Shown here one piece after another: positions 59,555-64,000 of a stretch of DNA of 64,000 bases. The DNA is taken from NCBI GenBank assembly GCA_037305845.1, contig CP147778.1:2080001-2144000 (forward strand), in the 5' to 3' direction. Source of the DNA: Candidatus Freyarchaeum deiterrae. Lineage in GTDB: Archaea; Asgardarchaeota; Jordiarchaeia; Jordiarchaeales; Jordiarchaeaceae. The translations under genes and the position numbers were made by a program. Every line of letters begins with the position of its first letter. The first letter of the stretch is position 1. A model generated the notes under the pieces. That model was given only the letters and a program-made list of their open reading frames with translations. It had not been told where the DNA came from and did not search any database.

Positions 59555-62053
59555 ATGACAATTATAGTGAAAACTGACCAAAGTCAGGATCAAGCCGGGA
59601 AACTGCCGAAGCGCATTGCGATGCTTAAAGACAGATTGTATTCCCGGCATATGGAGACGGACATCGAACGCGCTTTGTATTACACCAGAGCGTACAAGCG
59701 CAGTGAAGGTCAGCCCGCTTGTATACGCGCTGCCCTGGGGCTAGAAGAGACGTTGCGCAACATGACCATTAGAATTGAAGACGGGGAACGCATCGTAGGG
59801 TCGAAATCCGCCAAGGAATGGGGAGGCCCCATGTACCTTGAAGCGGGCGGTCAGACCGTGTGGACAGCCATGGCCTTAATGTTCCACGGGAAGCCGGATG
59901 CCCTCAAGGCTACGCTTCCAAACGGTGCTCTGGGGGTGAGTGCTGAATTCCTTAGAGATGCGCCCAAAATATCGGAGGAAGAGTACCAGGAGCTGGCCAA
60001 AGAGATTCTGCCGTACTGGAAGGATAACTGTACGCAAGTTCGCAAGATGGCTCGTTGGAAGGAAGAAGGACTAGCTCCCTCCGGCGAATGCAATGCGGGC
60101 GGCGTGTGGATAGGTCTGGGCGAGGGTATAGGACTATCCGTTGCGGGAGGAGAGCTGGGCATAAAATCTGATGCTACTGCTGGTACGATTGACTTTCAAG
60201 GCCATGTGACGATAGGTATTAAGAAGGTTCTGGACATGGGGTTCAAGGGCATTGCCAAACAGGCAGCCGAACAGCTGGCAAAGCTCAGTCCGAACGAGGA
60301 AGACTACGAGCAGCGCAAGGACTTCCTAGAATCAGTGCAGGTGTCGGCGGAGGCGGCCTGCTTGTTCGCAGAACGCTACGCCAAACTGGCGAAGAAAATG
60401 GCGGCGAAAGCTACTGGCCAGAGAAAAGAAGAGCTGCTGAAGATCGCCAAGCGGTGTCATCGAGTGCCTGCGCGACCCCCGCGGAATTTCACGGAGGCTG
60501 TGCAAGCCATCTGGTTAACCCAGGCCATGGTCCTAATTGCCTACGGCGATAGTTCCATCACTTGTCCCGGCAGGGTAGACCAGTTTCTATATCCATATTA
60601 CAAGAAAGACATTCAGAAGGGACTGATTACCCGTGAAGATGCCCTCGAGATAATCGAGGAGTACTATCTGAAGCTGGCCACTAATATCTACTTCGGCCCC
60701 AACAATGTCACCATCGGCGGCTTGAACAAGGAGGGTGAAGACGCAACAAACGAAGTCAGCTACTTATTCGTCGAAGCCCACAGGAACCTGAAAGGACTTC
60801 GCAATGGCCTAGCCATCAGGATCTCTCCGAAAACACCGCGTGACTTTCTCCTAAAGGCTTGCGAAGTGCACAGGATCACGGCAGGCATTGCCTTCCATAA
60901 TGACAATGTACTCATTCCCTCTCTTATGGGAGATGGATATTCGCTGGCTGATGCGCGGGACTACTCCATCGTGGGATGTACAGAGCCGACCGGCACGGGT
61001 AATAACAACGGAGACACAGCTGGCAACGCGATTTTTCCTGTAGCCCTTCTGGAAACGGCGCTGTATGAGGGACGCAGGGCTAAAGGGCAGAAGCGCTTGG
61101 GTTTGGCAACTCCCCCTGCCAGTGAATTCAAGACTTTTGAAGACGTTAAGAAAGCCTACGAAGACCAACTAAACTCTATCATCGATATTACTGTGAAGAG
61201 GGGAGATTCTCGGGACAGAGTAATCGCGGAAACGTATCCGATCCCTATCCTTTCCAGCACAATAGAAGGATGCGTAGAGTCCGGAAAAGATATCACCATG
61301 GGCGGTGCCCGTTACAACCACGGAGCCGTAGGATGTCAGGCGCTGGCGACGGTGGCCGACTCACTGACCGCCGTCAAATGGGCTGTGTTTGACAAGAAAC
61401 TGGTGAGCATGGAAGAGCTTATGAAGAACATGAGCAACAATTTTGAAGGAGCCGAAAGCTTGAGACGCAAACTGCTCAGCGCACCGAAGTACGGCAACGA
61501 CGATCCATACGCCGACGAAATAGCGGCCTGGGTAGCGAATCTGATCAGCCGTACAATAACAAATAAGAAGTTCCGGTCAAACGGACGGTACAGGACCTGC
61601 TTAATCTCGTCCCTTACTCAGACGGCAGAAGGCGCTACATGTGGTGCCACCCCAGACGGGAGGCTAGCAGGAACCCCGGTCTCTAACGGTATGTCTCCTA
61701 CCAACGGCGCCGATACAAGCGGGGCGACCGCTGCTTTGCGTTCAGCCGCGTTAATGCCAAATGTTGGTTTTAGCGATGGCACAGCCTTAAATGTCAATTT
61801 CAACCCGTCTATCATTAAGACTGAAGAAGGACTGGAAAAATTCGCTTTCCTGATAGAAGGGTATTTTGCTTTGGGCGGCAGGCATGTCCAGTTCAACCCC
61901 ATGAGCAAAGCGACATTGCTGGACGCGCAGGCTCATCCGGAAAACTACACCGATTTGAATGTCAAGGTCTCGGGCTTCTCAGAGCGCTTCATCGACATGC
62001 CCAAGAGCCTGCAAAACGATATCATAGCGCGGACGGAACACGTCGAAATATAG
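59555..62053 (+). CDS. Glycyl radical enzyme (PFL2/dehydratase-like, substrate unknown)
   Basis: GRVDQFLYPY, Cys loop IVGCTEP, APKYGNDD, ATPDGR, Gly loop KVSGFS. Confidence 0.9.
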   Translation: MTIIVKTDQSQDQAGKLPKRIAMLKDRLYSRHMETDIERALYYTRAYKRSEGQPACIRAALGLEETLRNMTIRIEDGERIVGSKSAKEWGGPMYLEAGGQTVWTAMALMFHGKPDALKATLPNGALGVSAEFLRDAPKISEEEYQELAKEILPYWKDNCTQVRKMARWKEEGLAPSGECNAGGVWIGLGEGIGLSVAGGELGIKSDATAGTIDFQGHVTIGIKKVLDMGFKGIAKQAAEQLAKLSPNEEDYEQRKDFLESVQVSAEAACLFAERYAKLAKKMAAKATGQRKEELLKIAKRCHRVPARPPRNFTEAVQAIWLTQAMVLIAYGDSSITCPGRVDQFLYPYYKKDIQKGLITREDALEIIEEYYLKLATNIYFGPNNVTIGGLNKEGEDATNEVSYLFVEAHRNLKGLRNGLAIRISPKTPRDFLLKACEVHRITAGIAFHNDNVLIPSLMGDGYSLADARDYSIVGCTEPTGTGNNNGDTAGNAIFPVALLETALYEGRRAKGQKRLGLATPPASEFKTFEDVKKAYEDQLNSIIDITVKRGDSRDRVIAETYPIPILSSTIEGCVESGKDITMGGARYNHGAVGCQALATVADSLTAVKWAVFDKKLVSMEELMKNMSNNFEGAESLRRKLLSAPKYGNDDPYADEIAAWVANLISRTITNKKFRSNGRYRTCLISSLTQTAEGATCGATPDGRLAGTPVSNGMSPTNGADTSGATAALRSAALMPNVGFSDGTALNVNFNPSIIKTEEGLEKFAFLIEGYFALGGRHVQFNPMSKATLLDAQAHPENYTDLNVKVSGFSERFIDMPKSLQNDIIARTEHVEI

Positions 62054-62199
62054 CCGTTTCCCAAATATGGTGTCCAGTACTTGTTCAGGCGGGTGCATCA
62101 GCCAGACATTTTTCGCCTGAAGGCAGATGCGTCCGTCCGATATATTTTTTTATATGATTTTTTAAAGTATCTCGTTTCACTGAAGGTGATTCAAAACCG

Positions 62200-63135
62200 A
62201 TGTCGCCAATAACAGGAAGGCTCTTTAATATCCAGCGGAATTCAACCGAGGATGGCCCAGGAATCCGTACAACAGTGTTCCTGAAGGGTTGCCCCATGCG
62301 CTGCCTCTGGTGCCAGAATCCCGAGGGTAAAAAGTCAACCCCGGAATTGGTCTGGTATAAAGTGCGCTGCATTGGAGCAAGCGACTGCCTGAGAGCCTGT
62401 CCTCAACATGCGCTGAAACTAACACCGGATGGAATGCTGGTTGACAGAACTCTGTGCGATGCATGCGGGAAGTGTGCTGAAGTCTGTCCTGCCAAGGCCC
62501 TTGAAGTCCTCGGAAAACAATATACGGTCGACGAGGTCGTCGAGATCGTGGTGCGGGATAAGATCTTCTACGAGAAATCGGGCGGCGGCATGACTTTGTC
62601 CGGTGGCGAGCCTTCGATGCAGGCAGCTTTCTGCCTGGCGCTGATGCAGGCGGTCGGCGATGAGGGAATTCATATCGCCATGGAGACTTGCCTCGGTACG
62701 AACTGGGAAGTCCTGCGGCCGTTGGTCGAGTCTGCGGATCTCATTCTTTTGGATCTAAAACTGATGGATGAAGCGAAGCATCGGGAGTACACCGGTGTTC
62801 CACTCGAACTCGTGCTCGCGAACGCACGTAGAGTGGCGGAGTTGGGTAAAGAAATCTGGGTGCGTACTCCAATCATTCCGGGATACACCGACAGCGAGAG
62901 CAACGTAAGAAGAATATCACGCTTCATTCTTGAGCATCTTCCCACAGTCACAAGGTATGACCTCCTTGCATTTAACAAACTATGTGTACCCAAATACGCC
63001 CGCCTCGGCCTGCCGTGGCAGCTAGAAGGGGTGGACATGGTCACGACGAAGACAATGGACACTCTGTCAGCGGTTGCCCGCGCCGAGGGGCTGGGAAACG
63101 TTCGCTGGTCCGGAATGACAAAACCAGACGAGTAA
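62200..63135 (+). CDS. Glycyl-radical activating enzyme with ferredoxin insert
   Basis: DGPGIRTTVFLKGCPMRCLWCQNPE, ferredoxin-like Cys motifs, SGGEP. Confidence 0.93.
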   Translation: MSPITGRLFNIQRNSTEDGPGIRTTVFLKGCPMRCLWCQNPEGKKSTPELVWYKVRCIGASDCLRACPQHALKLTPDGMLVDRTLCDACGKCAEVCPAKALEVLGKQYTVDEVVEIVVRDKIFYEKSGGGMTLSGGEPSMQAAFCLALMQAVGDEGIHIAMETCLGTNWEVLRPLVESADLILLDLKLMDEAKHREYTGVPLELVLANARRVAELGKEIWVRTPIIPGYTDSESNVRRISRFILEHLPTVTRYDLLAFNKLCVPKYARLGLPWQLEGVDMVTTKTMDTLSAVARAEGLGNVRWSGMTKPDE

Positions 63136-63339
63136 GCGTGTAACCGCCGCTGCTGGAGCTTCGGTCGTCGCTATCTCACCATTTCTCAGAGACACGACGC
63201 TTCTTTGTTATCCAATATTATACGAATCATTATTATGCAACATAGCATTTTTTCACAAATATTTAAATAATAAGAGATATATATACTTAAAAAAAATCAG
63301 TTGTTTCAAAAATCAAAAAATTAGGAGGATTGTCAATTC

Positions 63340-64000
63340 ATGTCTAGCAAGGATGCAGAAACAATGTTAAAGGATTACGCTGACAAGGCTCGGGCTTCAA
63401 GGACGGGTTTCCAAAAATTCGTGGATGCCTTCACTTTTATTCCCATTACGATATACTTCATTATATCAGTTATACTAAATTATCCCGCAGGAATTCAGCT
63501 TGCTGGTGCAGAATTTGGGCTCAAGTTCCTTTTTAATGGCGTTGTTTTACCCTGGGCATTTGACTTGACTACTTATCAAACGGCAGCTCTACTAAATGCG
63601 TTGTTGTTCGTAAATCCTGTTCCCGCCACTTGGTATGCGGGTCTCTATACCGCAGCAGCTATTAGCATGGTTGTATCCGGAGCATTTTTTATATTCTATT
63701 TCATTTCTAGAGCAGTTGCATACAGGGAAGTCTATGATCTTGATGTTGGTCTTTTGGTCTTCTTTGTGTCTGGAATAGTTATAATGTTTTTATCTCATAC
63801 CATCGGCGCTCTCTACTACTATTACGCGGGTTTCTTGGTATACGCCCTTCTGGCAATTCCAGCCATAATATCAATAGCTGTTAAGAGGCCTTTCACTTTT
63901 CAGTATACCAAAAGACTTGTACTAAAAGAAGTCCAGAAAACGGATGTGTTTAAACGTATTAATTACGCTATCGGCGCTGCCTGGTCAGTAGTTTTCGCTG
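63340..64000 (+). CDS. Membrane protein, 3'-truncated by the window edge
   Basis: ATG after an AGGAGG SD; frame open to the window end; several TM helices and KRPFTFQY...FKRINY..W motif. Confidence 0.7.
   Translation, partial: MSSKDAETMLKDYADKARASRTGFQKFVDAFTFIPITIYFIISVILNYPAGIQLAGAEFGLKFLFNGVVLPWAFDLTTYQTAALLNALLFVNPVPATWYAGLYTAAAISMVVSGAFFIFYFISRAVAYREVYDLDVGLLVFFVSGIVIMFLSHTIGALYYYYAGFLVYALLAIPAIISIAVKRPFTFQYTKRLVLKEVQKTDVFKRINYAIGAAWSVVFA

Noticed and set aside
1-64000. Many antisense or nested ORFs (e.g. 34335-35027, 53055-53648, 26309-26740), and tRNA/rRNA/CRISPR features
   Set aside because: The ORFs are shadows of well-supported genes. No cloverleaf, rRNA or repeat-spacer pattern was seen by eye.

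Overview
A gene-dense archaeal chromosomal window. It looks Asgard/TACK-like (Jordarchaeia/Freyarchaeia-like Asgard is my inference) from RFC-S/L, MCM-GINS, TFE-beta, SmAP, RIO2, a roadblock/LC7 protein and frequent TTG starts. It carries housekeeping genes, a molybdopterin operon (mobB, moaC, moaB, two moeA), thiC, and nitrogen assimilation genes: two glutamine synthetases and a split GltB1/B2/B3 glutamate synthase led by an HdrB-HdrC fusion. It also carries trpY-trpB2 with TRP boxes, three ADP-forming acyl-CoA synthetase alpha subunits, queD/queE, fwdD/fwdA, and a GC-richer glycyl-radical enzyme plus activase near the right end. The main discovery is queE (minus strand, 45970-45086), which the ORF track truncates. 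Its 5' part is interrupted by three tiny insertions (21, 30 and 30 nt), each introducing an in-frame stop and each folding into a bulge-helix-bulge (BHB) motif. The predicted splicing-endonuclease cut sites restore the conserved QueE motifs (SYQ|GEG, QI|FAR, WCD|S), which points to a protein-coding gene with three tRNA-type introns. No tRNA, rRNA or CRISPR array was seen.
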